Source: Alphaproteobacteria bacterium
GTDB lineage: Bacteria; Pseudomonadota; Alphaproteobacteria; GCA-2731375
NCBI GenBank assembly: GCA_965232515.1
Contig: CBDDPY010000002.1
Location: forward strand, 6,880,001 to 6,944,000
Length of the DNA: 64,000 bases
Direction of reading: 5' to 3'
A model generated the notes under the pieces. It was not told the origin of the DNA and searched no databases. It worked only from the letters and a program-made list of their open reading frames with translations. Each line of letters begins with the position of its first letter. The stretch's first letter is position 1. Of the stretch, positions 8,985 through 18,564 are shown in pieces. The position numbers and the translations under genes were made by a program.

Positions 8985-10562
8985 ATGCGGACGATTTTCG
9001 TGCTGTTCGATTCGCTCAATAGAAGCGCCCTGGGCGCCTATGGAAGCACGTCCGTGAAAACGCCGAACTTCGACCGGTTTTCGCGACGGGGAATGACCTT
9101 CGACCGGCACTATGTCGGGTCTCTTCCCTGCATCCCGGCGCGGCGGGACATGCACACCGGCCGGCTGAATTTCATGCACTGCCCCTGGGGTCCGCTGGAG
9201 CCCTTCGACAATTCCTTCGCCGATCTCTTGAGCAAAAACGGCGTCTATACGCATCTTGTCTCCGACCACGCGCACTACTTCGAAAACGGCGGTTGGGGCT
9301 ATGCAAACGCCTTCGACAGCTGGGCGTTCATTCGCGGCCAGGAATACGATCCGATCAAGGTCATGACGCAACCGCCCGTCACGCGGCTGCGCGAGACCTT
9401 TGATGAGCGCCACTATCCGATGCAGGGTCTGGCGGACGGTCAAACCGTCACCCGCGGAAATACGGATCGTTTCGTCTGGCGGCGGTCCCGGCACGCCATC
9501 AACACCCTGTTCATGAACAGCGAGGCGGACTATCCGACCGCCAAGTGCTTTGCCAGCGCGTTCGAGTTCCTGGAGACGAACAGGTCGGCGGATGACTGGT
9601 TCCTGCAAATAGAGTGCTTCGACCCGCACGAACCGTTTACCGCGCCGGCGCGGTTCAAGGACGCCTACCGAACCGGCTACAACGGAAAAATTCTCGATTG
9701 GCCGCTTTACGAGAAGGTCACCGAGACGGCGGAGGAGGTGGCCGAAATCCGCGCCAATTACGCCGCGCTCGTCGCCATGTGCGACGAGTATTTCGGACGG
9801 CTCCTCGACTGGCTCGACGCCGAGGACGCCTGGTCGGACACGGCGCTCATCCTGACCTCCGACCATGGTTTCCTGCTCGGCGAGCACGAGTGGTGGGCAA
9901 AGAACAAAATGCCCTACTACGAGGAAATTTCCCACATTCCCTTGATGATCTGGCATCCGCAATGGCTCGATCACGGCAGCGCGCGCACCGGCGCACTAAC
10001 CCAGACGCCGGACTTGATGCCAACGATCCTGGATTTTTATGACATCCCCATACCCCGGGAAGTGACGGCGCATTCGCTGGCGCCTTTTCTGAAAGGCGGC
10101 AAAGCCGACCGTGAAAGTGCAATCCTCGGCATGTTCGCCGGGCCGATTTGCGTGACCGACGGGCGATACACCTACTATCTCTATCCGTCAGACCGCTCGG
10201 GAACACCGCCGCCGGTCTATACGGTCATGCCGTCGCATATGGAGTCGTTGTACTCGGTCGATGAACTGAAATCGGCCGAAATCGCCGAGCCTTTCGATTT
10301 TACGAAAGGTGCGAGGGTGATGAAAATCCGCATGGACCGACATGTCGGCGAGTCCGGTCTCGCCGGCGTTGCGCTCTGGAAGGACGGATCGTGCCTGTTC
10401 GATCTGGAAACCGACCCCGGCCAGCATAGCCCCATTGAAGACGGCGAAACAATCGATCGGCTGAGAAGCACGATCGTCGACCATCTCGTTCAACACAACG
10501 CGCCGGAGGAGATCTACGCGCATTACGGCCTTGGCGAATTGAGGTCGAGATCGGTCGCGTGA
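8985..10562 (+). CDS. Cys-type formylglycine-dependent sulfatase, cytoplasmic
   Basis: FDSL metal site, CIPARRDMHTGR (CxPxR) signature, DPHEPF, TSDHG; no signal peptide. Confidence 0.93.
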   Translation: MRTIFVLFDSLNRSALGAYGSTSVKTPNFDRFSRRGMTFDRHYVGSLPCIPARRDMHTGRLNFMHCPWGPLEPFDNSFADLLSKNGVYTHLVSDHAHYFENGGWGYANAFDSWAFIRGQEYDPIKVMTQPPVTRLRETFDERHYPMQGLADGQTVTRGNTDRFVWRRSRHAINTLFMNSEADYPTAKCFASAFEFLETNRSADDWFLQIECFDPHEPFTAPARFKDAYRTGYNGKILDWPLYEKVTETAEEVAEIRANYAALVAMCDEYFGRLLDWLDAEDAWSDTALILTSDHGFLLGEHEWWAKNKMPYYEEISHIPLMIWHPQWLDHGSARTGALTQTPDLMPTILDFYDIPIPREVTAHSLAPFLKGGKADRESAILGMFAGPICVTDGRYTYYLYPSDRSGTPPPVYTVMPSHMESLYSVDELKSAEIAEPFDFTKGARVMKIRMDRHVGESGLAGVALWKDGSCLFDLETDPGQHSPIEDGETIDRLRSTIVDHLVQHNAPEEIYAHYGLGELRSRSVA

Positions 10563-10616
10563 CGGCGTGCCTGCGATCCGCCGTCCGACGTGAGTTTCAA
10601 AGCGGGAGGAACTGAT

Positions 10617-11609
10617 ATGAAAACAAGACAGTTCATGGCCTCGGCGTTGGTCGCTGCTGCTCTCTCAATCGGCCCGGCACGGGCCGAGTTCCCCGAACGG
10701 ACGATCGAAGTCATTTATCCATGGCCCCCGGGTGCAACCATGTCGGTCACCCAAATCATCGCAAAGGCCGTGGGCGAGGAACTCGGCGTCTCACTCGCGG
10801 TGATCTCAACCCCCGGCGCAGGGGGAACCAAGGCCTTCAAGACGGCCCTCAGCCGGCCGGCGGACGGCTATACGATCTTCGACGGTTACGTGGCGCCTTT
10901 GGTTCTGCAGCCGATCCTTGGCAAGGCCGACTGGACGTACAAGGACTTCAAACCGCTGCATTCCGCGGTCTCGAACGCCTTCGCGATCGGCGTCAGAAAA
11001 GGCGACCAACGCTGGAAGACCTTCAAAGATCTGATGGAATACGGCAAGGCCAACCCCGGCAAGCTGCGTTATACGACGAGTACGCGGAACAACCTTCCAC
11101 ACATGGTGATCGCCAAGGTGTTGCAAACCTATGGCGTGGTTGCCCAGAACGTTCCCTACAAGACCTATGGCGATGCCACCAAAGATCTCGCGTCCGGCGT
11201 TCTCGACTTCGCCTATATCAACGTCGCCGCCTATCACCAGGACAAAGAGGCCTTTGAAGTTTTCATGGTGTTGTCCGAACTGGAAGGCGCCAAAGCCTCG
11301 TTCGATGGCGCACCCAGCATCACCGATCTGAATGTCGACCTCGGTCTTTCGGGGCTGGCGCCAATGGGGTGGACCTGGTGGCTGGTGCGCAAGGAAACGC
11401 CGGACACGGAAACCGAGAAATTGCGCGCGGCCATGAAGGCAGTCATGGAGCGCGAGGACATTCGTGCGCAGCTGTTGAAACTTGGCTTTGTCGCGCTTGA
11501 TTGGGGGCCGGAAGACTACGAAGCCATCGTCGGTCCGGTTTCCGATCAGCTTCAGGCCATGGACAACGCCCTGAAGTGGGAAGAGGAACAACTGAAAAAG
11601 CTGCGATAG
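10617..11609 (+). CDS. tctC: Tripartite tricarboxylate transporter substrate-binding protein (TctC/Bug)
   Basis: Signal peptide, FPERTIEVIYPWPPG, PGAGG, PADGYT motifs. Confidence 0.9.
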   Translation: MKTRQFMASALVAAALSIGPARAEFPERTIEVIYPWPPGATMSVTQIIAKAVGEELGVSLAVISTPGAGGTKAFKTALSRPADGYTIFDGYVAPLVLQPILGKADWTYKDFKPLHSAVSNAFAIGVRKGDQRWKTFKDLMEYGKANPGKLRYTTSTRNNLPHMVIAKVLQTYGVVAQNVPYKTYGDATKDLASGVLDFAYINVAAYHQDKEAFEVFMVLSELEGAKASFDGAPSITDLNVDLGLSGLAPMGWTWWLVRKETPDTETEKLRAAMKAVMEREDIRAQLLKLGFVALDWGPEDYEAIVGPVSDQLQAMDNALKWEEEQLKKLR

Positions 11610-11625
11610 CTGGCGAGTCGAGCCG

Positions 11626-12123
11626 GTGACGATGCTGACCCGAAAACATGCCGAATGGGCGGTCCTGGCGTTCTGTGCGATCCTGATCGCCATCGTCTTT
11701 CAGCAGATCAACACCTCCATGGTCGAACAGGGGATCGCCTCGGGCGGTCCCTACGATAACGCGGCTTCCTATCCGGGCGCTGTCGCGATCCTCATGGGCG
11801 TCCTCATGGCCGCGTTGCTGGTCATCAATTGGCTAAGACCTTCGCCAGCCGTCGACGCGGCGGGATACGCGCTTTCGGACCTCAAGCGTCCGATCCTGCT
11901 CATCCTCATATTCGCGGTCTATCTGGCCGCTCTGGGGACACTGGGTTACCACCTTTCCACACCGCCAATGATTGCGGCCTTCATGGTTTTGAGCGGCCTG
12001 CGAAGACCGCTGGAAGTCATCATGGTCTCCGCCGGCATTTCGTTCGCTTTCGCGTTCCTGTTCGAGGTCTTTCTCAAGATCGTGTTGCCGGGCGGCATGT
12101 TCGGCCTCAACATTCTGTGGTAG
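11626..12123 (+). CDS. tctB: TTT small membrane subunit (TctB)
   Basis: About 4-5 TM segments, LGY motif, F..FLKIVLP.G C-terminus, between tctC and tctA. Confidence 0.85.
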   Translation: MTMLTRKHAEWAVLAFCAILIAIVFQQINTSMVEQGIASGGPYDNAASYPGAVAILMGVLMAALLVINWLRPSPAVDAAGYALSDLKRPILLILIFAVYLAALGTLGYHLSTPPMIAAFMVLSGLRRPLEVIMVSAGISFAFAFLFEVFLKIVLPGGMFGLNILW

Positions 12124-12129
12124 GCGACC

Positions 12130-13629
12130 ATACTAGCCGAATCCCTCACCACCGGGTTTGAGCTGTTTTCGACGCCGCTCGCGATCGGACTGACGCTGAT
12201 TGGCGTCATGTTCGGCCTTCTCGTCGGCGCGCTGCCCGGGCTCGGCCCGCTGATGGGGATCATCCTGCTTCTGCCCGTTGCGATCGGCCTGCCACCGGTC
12301 GCGGCGATGGGGCTGCTGATCGCGATTTTCGTCGGCGGTTCCTGCGGCGGTTCGATATCCGCCATCCTACTGCGCATTCCCGGCACGCCGCTTGCCGCCG
12401 CCACCTTGTTCGACGGCTATCCAATGGCGCAAAAGGGACGCGTCGCGGACGCGATCGGCATCGCCATTTCCGCATCCGCGCTCGGCGGTCTGTTCGGCGG
12501 CCTCGTCTTGATCTTGTTCGCGCCCGTGCTCGCCGATTTCGCGCGCGGTTTCGCGCCGCCGGAATATACCTCCCTCGCGTTGACCGGACTGATCGCGATC
12601 GTCGTCATTTCGGGCGGATCGCTGCTCAAGGGATTGCTGTCGGGCTGCTTTGGTCTGCTGCTGGCGACCATCGGAACCGACGAGTTTTCGACGGGTTATC
12701 GATTTACCTTCGATTCCTACCACATGCTGAACGGGTTTCACATTGTCGCCGTTGTTGTCGGCTTGTTTGCGGTCTCCGAAATGGCTATGCAGATCAAGCA
12801 GCCCGGCCTGACCGAAAAACCGAATATCGCGACCGTGCGCGCGAGCTTCTCATCGCTGATCCTGACCCTGCGCCACTGGGTCAATCTCCTGCGCTCGTCG
12901 ATGATCGGCGCGCTTTTCGGATCGCTCCCGGGAGCCGGCGGCGTGATCAGCTCCTTCACCTCCTATGCGGTCGCCAAAGCCGCGGCGAAACCGGAGGAAA
13001 AATATGGAGAAGGCGCGGAAGGCGGCATCGTCGCGACCGAAGCGGCCAACAATTCCACCGTCGGCGGCACACTCATCCCGACGCTGGCTCTTGGCATTCC
13101 CGGCGACGCAACGACCGCCGTTCTTCTCGGCATGCTTCTGATACTGGGCTTCTTCCCCGGTCCGATCCTGTTCGAACAACAGCCCGAGATCGTCGGCGGC
13201 ATCTTCCTGGTTTATCTGACGTCGAACGTCATGCTGCTTGTCGCGGGCATCGTCACCACGCCCATATTCGTTTACGTGCTGCGGATCCGCAAAGCACATC
13301 TGATCCCGACGGTCCTGCTGATGTGCGCGATCGGCACATACGCCCTGCAGGCCTCGGTCTTCGATCTCGGCGTCATGCTCGGCTTCGGACTGATCGGTAT
13401 CGTATTTCGCGCCGCCGGCTACCCTCTCGCGCCGGCCGTCATCGGCGCCGTCCTCGGCCCGCTGCTGGAAAACAATCTCAGGCGATCCCTTCTCCTGTCA
13501 CACGACGGATACTGGATCTTTCTCGAGCGGCCGGTATCGGCCGTTCTGATTGTGATCAATATCGGGCTGATCACGGGCGCGGTCTGGTTCGCGCTGAGAC
13601 AGCGGAAAGCCGCGGCCGCCCGACAATGA
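12130..13629 (+). CDS. tctA: TTT large membrane subunit (TctA); start uncertain (ATA at 12130 or ATG at 12208)
   Basis: GALPGLG, IPGTP, EAANNS and LGIPGD TctA motifs. Confidence 0.92.
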   Translation: MLAESLTTGFELFSTPLAIGLTLIGVMFGLLVGALPGLGPLMGIILLLPVAIGLPPVAAMGLLIAIFVGGSCGGSISAILLRIPGTPLAAATLFDGYPMAQKGRVADAIGIAISASALGGLFGGLVLILFAPVLADFARGFAPPEYTSLALTGLIAIVVISGGSLLKGLLSGCFGLLLATIGTDEFSTGYRFTFDSYHMLNGFHIVAVVVGLFAVSEMAMQIKQPGLTEKPNIATVRASFSSLILTLRHWVNLLRSSMIGALFGSLPGAGGVISSFTSYAVAKAAAKPEEKYGEGAEGGIVATEAANNSTVGGTLIPTLALGIPGDATTAVLLGMLLILGFFPGPILFEQQPEIVGGIFLVYLTSNVMLLVAGIVTTPIFVYVLRIRKAHLIPTVLLMCAIGTYALQASVFDLGVMLGFGLIGIVFRAAGYPLAPAVIGAVLGPLLENNLRRSLLLSHDGYWIFLERPVSAVLIVINIGLITGAVWFALRQRKAAAARQ

Positions 13630-13729
13630 CCAAGCTCGCATCGCGTCAAATGCCAGAGGTGACGTTCTCTGCTGGAAGCCGGGAAATCCCGGCCGAATCA
13701 GCGCCATCGAAGCTCGAGGAATTCGAAGA

Positions 13730-16111
13730 ATGATAGAACCGACTTACAAGAACCGAGACGCGTCGGCGTCGGACCGGGCGCAGGACCTGATCGCGCGAAT
13801 GACGGTGCGGGAAAAGATCGCGCAGCTCCGATCGCTTTGGGTGAAACTGCACGCCGACGGTTCGTACGAAATCTACGATCGTTCGAGCGAAAAGCGGGCC
13901 GAGTACCAGGACGCGTTGAAAGACGGCATCGGTCAGATCACGCGGCCTTTCGGCACCCATCCAATTCCGCTAAAGGAAGGCGCGGCGACCCTGAACCGGC
14001 TGCAGAAGTGGCTGCTGGAGGAAACCAGGCTCGGCATTCCCGCCCTGCCGCACGATGAATGCCTGTCGGGGTTCATGGCTTCTCAGGCCACGCAGTTTCC
14101 TTCTCCGCTGAATTTCGGCGCCACCTGGAATCCCGATCTGATCGAACGGGTTGCCGCAATCATAGGCCGGCAAATGCGCGCGGTCGGCGTGCGCCAGGGT
14201 CTGGCGCCGGTCGCCGATGTTGTCCGTGACGCGCGCTGGGGACGGGTCGAGGAGTGTATCGGCGAGGACCCCTATCTGGTCGGCGAAATGATGACGCGCT
14301 ATGTGCTGGGATTGCAAGGCAGCGGCCCCGGCGAGGCCGTCGTCGCGACCTTGAAACACTTCGCCGGGCATTCCTTCACCGAAGGCGGCCGCAACCTGGC
14401 GCCGGCGCATGTCGGTCCGCGCGAACTCGCCGACATTTTTCTCCTGCCGTTCGAGATGGCGGTCAAGAGCGGCAATGCCGGCTCCGTCATGAGCGCGTAT
14501 CACGACATAGACGGGGTTCCCGCGAGTGCTTCCCGTGAGCTGCTGACCGAAGTCCTGCGGGATCGGTGGGGCTTTGACGGCACGGTGGTCGCCGACTACA
14601 ACATCGTCCGCTATCTCCACACAAAGCATCGGATTGCCGCGGACAAGGCGGAAGCCGCGGCGGCGGCCCTCAATGCCGGAATGGATGTCGAACTGCCGGC
14701 GTCCGAGTATTTCGAGCCGGGTTTGCCGGCGGCCCTCGAACGTCGTCTGGTTACCGAAGAGACAATCGACCAATCCGTCTATCGCGTCTTGAAGATGAAG
14801 TTCGAACTCGGTCTGTTCGACAATCCCTATGTCGAAATCGACGACAGCCCGATCGTCGTGCAGTCGGACCGGGATCTGGCGAGAAGCGTCGCCGATCAAT
14901 CACTCGTCCTGCTCACAAACGACGGCGTGCTGCCGCTTTCGTCCGATATCGGCCGAGTGGCGCTGATCGGGCCGAATGCCGATGAGCAGATGGCTCTGTT
15001 CGGCAACTACAACTACCCGACCAATGTCGCCGCCCGCTATCGCGATGTCGAGATGCCCGTCTTCGCTGATACCATCAGACAGGAATTGGAAGCGCGCCTC
15101 GGATCGGAGCGCGTCGACCATGTCGAGGGCTGCAGGATCCTGACCGGCGCGTTTCGCCGCGTGCGCCACCTCATCGACGGTCCGACGCCGGACAAGTCGG
15201 TCGATGTCATCGACGACGACCGGTCGAACATTCCCGCGGCCGTCGAAGCCGCGCAAAATGCCGATGTCGCAATTCTGGTTATCGGCGATCGGGCGGGGCA
15301 TTTCGAAACCGGCACGGTCGGCGAAGGCAGCGACGTAAATTCGCTCGCACTTCCGGGCGTTCAGGACGAACTGGTGAATTCAGTCCTGGCGACCGGAACG
15401 CCGACCGTTGTCGTCGTCATTTCCGGTCGTCCGTACCGACTCAAACACGTCAAGGATCGCGCCGGCGCGATCCTGCAGGCGTGGTTTCCGGGACAGGAAG
15501 GTGCCGCGGCAATCACCGACGCGCTGTTCGGGGACCGCAATCCCGGGGGCAAGACGACGGTCACGTTTCCCGGCGGCGCCGGCGCTCAACCAATATTCTA
15601 CAATCACAAGGCGCTGAGCGCCGGCCTTCCGCCGCTCGACCATTTCGAGATCGTATTTCCGTTCGGCCACGGCCTCAGCTACACGACCTTTGCCTACGAC
15701 GACGTACAGCTTTCCGCCGACACGTGGCCAATCGGCGAGCGGATGCAGATCAGCTGCCGGATCGGCAATACCGGTGAGCGGGCGGGGGACGAGATCGTTC
15801 AGCTCTACGTTCGAGATTCAGTCGCCAGCATCGCGCGGCCCAACATGGAGCTGAAGGGGTTCAAACGGATTTCGCTGGAACCCGGGGAAGTCAAGCGGGT
15901 GACGTTCGACCTGCATTCCGATCTCCTGAGTTTCACCGGCGTCTCGTTGGAGCGCATCGTCGAGCCGGGCGAAACTGAAATCGCGATTGGCGCCTCAAGC
16001 GCGGATATCCGCTTGCGGACGACCGTCCATGTCGTGGGCGAGACGACTGTGCTGTCTGAGGATCGGGAAATGTTCTGTCAGGCTCGGGTCGGTGCCGGCG
16101 GGGCCGGATGA
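13730..16111 (+). CDS. Glycoside hydrolase family 3 (beta-glucosidase/xylosidase) with Fn3-like C-terminus
   Basis: RWGRVEECIGEDP, LKHFAG, VVADY nucleophile, FPFGHGLSYTTF, ELKGFKR. Confidence 0.95.
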   Translation: MIEPTYKNRDASASDRAQDLIARMTVREKIAQLRSLWVKLHADGSYEIYDRSSEKRAEYQDALKDGIGQITRPFGTHPIPLKEGAATLNRLQKWLLEETRLGIPALPHDECLSGFMASQATQFPSPLNFGATWNPDLIERVAAIIGRQMRAVGVRQGLAPVADVVRDARWGRVEECIGEDPYLVGEMMTRYVLGLQGSGPGEAVVATLKHFAGHSFTEGGRNLAPAHVGPRELADIFLLPFEMAVKSGNAGSVMSAYHDIDGVPASASRELLTEVLRDRWGFDGTVVADYNIVRYLHTKHRIAADKAEAAAAALNAGMDVELPASEYFEPGLPAALERRLVTEETIDQSVYRVLKMKFELGLFDNPYVEIDDSPIVVQSDRDLARSVADQSLVLLTNDGVLPLSSDIGRVALIGPNADEQMALFGNYNYPTNVAARYRDVEMPVFADTIRQELEARLGSERVDHVEGCRILTGAFRRVRHLIDGPTPDKSVDVIDDDRSNIPAAVEAAQNADVAILVIGDRAGHFETGTVGEGSDVNSLALPGVQDELVNSVLATGTPTVVVVISGRPYRLKHVKDRAGAILQAWFPGQEGAAAITDALFGDRNPGGKTTVTFPGGAGAQPIFYNHKALSAGLPPLDHFEIVFPFGHGLSYTTFAYDDVQLSADTWPIGERMQISCRIGNTGERAGDEIVQLYVRDSVASIARPNMELKGFKRISLEPGEVKRVTFDLHSDLLSFTGVSLERIVEPGETEIAIGASSADIRLRTTVHVVGETTVLSEDREMFCQARVGAGGAG

Positions 16112-16284
16112 ATGCGATTGCCGCGTCGCGAATACCGCCGGTGATCGACTGCGTGTAGTTCGCGCGCCGGCAGATCTCGTCTCGGTTCCGCTGCGTCGTC
16201 CGTGGCTCCCGTGTTGGCATTCCTTTGCTGCCGAAACGCCCGTGGCAATTACGGTTACTGTCACCGGAATTTCTGTGCCTGCGG

Positions 16285-17484
16285 TCAGATAACAGCCGGA
16301 CGGCGGCGCCAGGCTAAGAGGGCCAGCGCGAGGGCCAAGGCCAGGAGTGGGGCGGTGGGGGGCTCGGGGATTTGGGCGACGGGCGGGGTTTGGGTGGCTG
16401 GCGGTTCGCCGATGTCGGGGACGGTGAGGAAGCTGATGTTGGTGGTGAGGGGGTCGCACGCGCCGCCGGCGGCGCCGGGGTTGGCTTCGATCTGGCCGTT
16501 GTTTGTGAGGCTGCCGTCGGTGTTGCTGAGGAAGGCGATACGGCCGCCGCCGCCGCAGCCGCCACGGCCGCCACCCGCGCCGCCGCCATCGCCGCCGTTG
16601 GCGGTGAGGATCGTGTCGAGATCGATCGCGATGTCGAAGGCGTGGAAGAACAGGCCGCCGCCGGAACCGCCGCCCCCGCCGGTGACGCGGCCGGGCAGGA
16701 AATTACCGTCGCCGCCGTCGGCGCTGATCTCGGCGCCGACGAAGCTGAGCGCGCCCAGCGCGCCGATCTCGAGCGCGCCACCGCCCCCGCCGCCGCCGGA
16801 ACCGCCGCCGAAAAAGGCACCCTGAAAGCCACCGCCGCCGCCACCGCCGGAGCCGCCCTGAAGCGCGGCGGTAAGGCCGCCATGGGCGACGCCGCCGTCG
16901 GCCTTGCCGATGCCAGCGCCCGCGTCGCCGCCCGGCGTGCCGAAGCCGCCGCCGGCCCCGCCGCTGTCGTTCGAGCCGCCGTTGTCGACGCTGCCATGCT
17001 CGCCGCCGCCCGGCCCGAAGCCGTCCTGCTCGCGGGGATTGCTGAGGCCTCGGAAGCCCCGGCCGCCCTGGCCGCCACCCGGACCGGCATCGCCACCTGA
17101 TGTGACGCCGGGATTGGCTGCATTGGTGGTCCGGCCGCCGATGTCGATGGCGCCCGAGACCGTGACGTCGCCGAGGAACAGAAAGGCCACCGCATTCGCG
17201 CCGGTGACGTTGACGTCGCCCAGAACGGAACCGCCGTCGAAGGCGAAGACGGCGATATCGGGCGGCCCGCCCGTGCGCTCGCCGAAGGGCGCGCCGCCGT
17301 GGCTGAACAGCGTGCCGCCGGCGCCGCCGTTGAAGGTGAGCGCATCGGTGTCGATGGTTATGGAGGCGCCGTTGAGCTGGCCGAGCGAGGTGAAATCGTT
17401 GGGGTTCAGCGGCAGGGCCGCGGCATCGAACGCCGTCAGGCCAACGGCGCAGGCGCCGGCGAGAATGAGTTTGGGGTGTTTCAT
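16285..17484 (-). CDS. Secreted glycine-rich PEP-CTERM sorting-domain protein
   Basis: N-terminal signal peptide, GGGGSGG repeats, C-terminal IPEP + hydrophobic helix + WRRR. Confidence 0.9.
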   Translation of the reverse strand: MKHPKLILAGACAVGLTAFDAAALPLNPNDFTSLGQLNGASITIDTDALTFNGGAGGTLFSHGGAPFGERTGGPPDIAVFAFDGGSVLGDVNVTGANAVAFLFLGDVTVSGAIDIGGRTTNAANPGVTSGGDAGPGGGQGGRGFRGLSNPREQDGFGPGGGEHGSVDNGGSNDSGGAGGGFGTPGGDAGAGIGKADGGVAHGGLTAALQGGSGGGGGGGFQGAFFGGGSGGGGGGGALEIGALGALSFVGAEISADGGDGNFLPGRVTGGGGGSGGGLFFHAFDIAIDLDTILTANGGDGGGAGGGRGGCGGGGRIAFLSNTDGSLTNNGQIEANPGAAGGACDPLTTNISFLTVPDIGEPPATQTPPVAQIPEPPTAPLLALALALALLAWRRRPAVI

Positions 17485-17605
17485 GGTGCCTCCTCGAGCT
17501 CGGCAGGGCGTTCGCGGCAGGGGATGTCACCGAAAGCCGTCGCATCGCCGTCGTTGTTTTCGCACCGCCAAGAATTCGCGTGCTTTGGTCCTGGCCTGGG
17601 ACTCG

Positions 17606-17748
17606 GGTGATGGGGTCTTAAACTTTGCCCGGCAAACTCCTTAACCATTGCGGATCCGCGACCACATGGAATCGTTTGTCCGGCTAAGCTAACGTTCGAG
17701 TATTGGGGCTGTCGTCACCAGATCCGGTGATGGGGTTTACTTAACCAT
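17606..17748. promoter_or_regulatory. Repeated motifs in divergent promoter: GGTGATGGGGT x2 and TTAACCAT x2
   Basis: GGTGATGGGGT at 17606 and 17726; TTAACCAT at 17641 and 17741; imperfect palindrome TCACCAGATCCGGTGA. Confidence 0.5.
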
Positions 17749-17785
17749 AAAGGAATCGCGACAAGCGGTTCGGGAGACCGGCGTA

Positions 17786-18535
17786 ATGAAACGCGATTGG
17801 ATATTGGAAACGGTCGACGGCATGTACGCCGCCGCCACGGGTGAAATCGCCTGGGATCCGGTTCTGACCACGATCGCGGAAGAGCTGAACGCCGACGGCG
17901 CAACGATGGAGATCCATCGCGTCGACGACAAGCGTGTCGCGCGGATCGAAAGCGTGCGCCTCGATATGTCGAACGCCATGCGCTATGCGCGGGACTACAG
18001 TCACAATCCGCGCAACGCCTTTCTGCACACGTTCAGGAATGGCGTGATCGGCCACGATCACCTGCTGATCGATGAGCCGGAGATGGACCGCGATCCGTTC
18101 TATCAGGAGCTGCTGGCGCCGTCGGGACTGCGCTATTTCATCTCCGCCCAGACGCCGATCCTGGACGACAATTTCGTGGCCTTTCTGGCGTTCCAGCTAC
18201 GGGCGCGGGACGGCGCCGCGAGCGACAGACACTTCACCGTCATGCGGCTGCTGGAGCCGCACATCAAGCGCGCCCTGTCGGTGGCGTGGATCGGGCAGCG
18301 GGACCAGGTCGATCCGGAGCGGTTCGTCAGGGTCCTGGCGAGCCTCGGTTTGACGGCGGCCGAATGCCAGCTCGCGAAATGCCTGGCGCTGGGCGAGGCG
18401 TTGCCGGACTACGCACGACGCAACGGCCGCTCGACCAACACGGTCCATACGCATTACCGGCGCATCAAGGACAAGCTGGACTGCGCCAACCAGACCGAGC
18501 TGCTCGCCCGCCTGCATATGCTGAAGGCATCCTGA
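17786..18535 (+). CDS. LuxR-type HTH transcriptional regulator with N-terminal sensor-like domain
   Basis: C-terminal GLTAAECQLA...GRSTNTVHTHYRRIKDKLDCANQTEL. Confidence 0.88.
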   Translation: MKRDWILETVDGMYAAATGEIAWDPVLTTIAEELNADGATMEIHRVDDKRVARIESVRLDMSNAMRYARDYSHNPRNAFLHTFRNGVIGHDHLLIDEPEMDRDPFYQELLAPSGLRYFISAQTPILDDNFVAFLAFQLRARDGAASDRHFTVMRLLEPHIKRALSVAWIGQRDQVDPERFVRVLASLGLTAAECQLAKCLALGEALPDYARRNGRSTNTVHTHYRRIKDKLDCANQTELLARLHMLKAS

Positions 18536-18564
18536 GCGGATGTGCCGTCGGCACGCCCGATCTA

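Noticed and set aside
7886-17260. PEP-CTERM remnant as a DGR template/variable repeat pair
   Set aside because: Differences are deletions and mixed substitutions rather than adenine-specific, and there is no RT.
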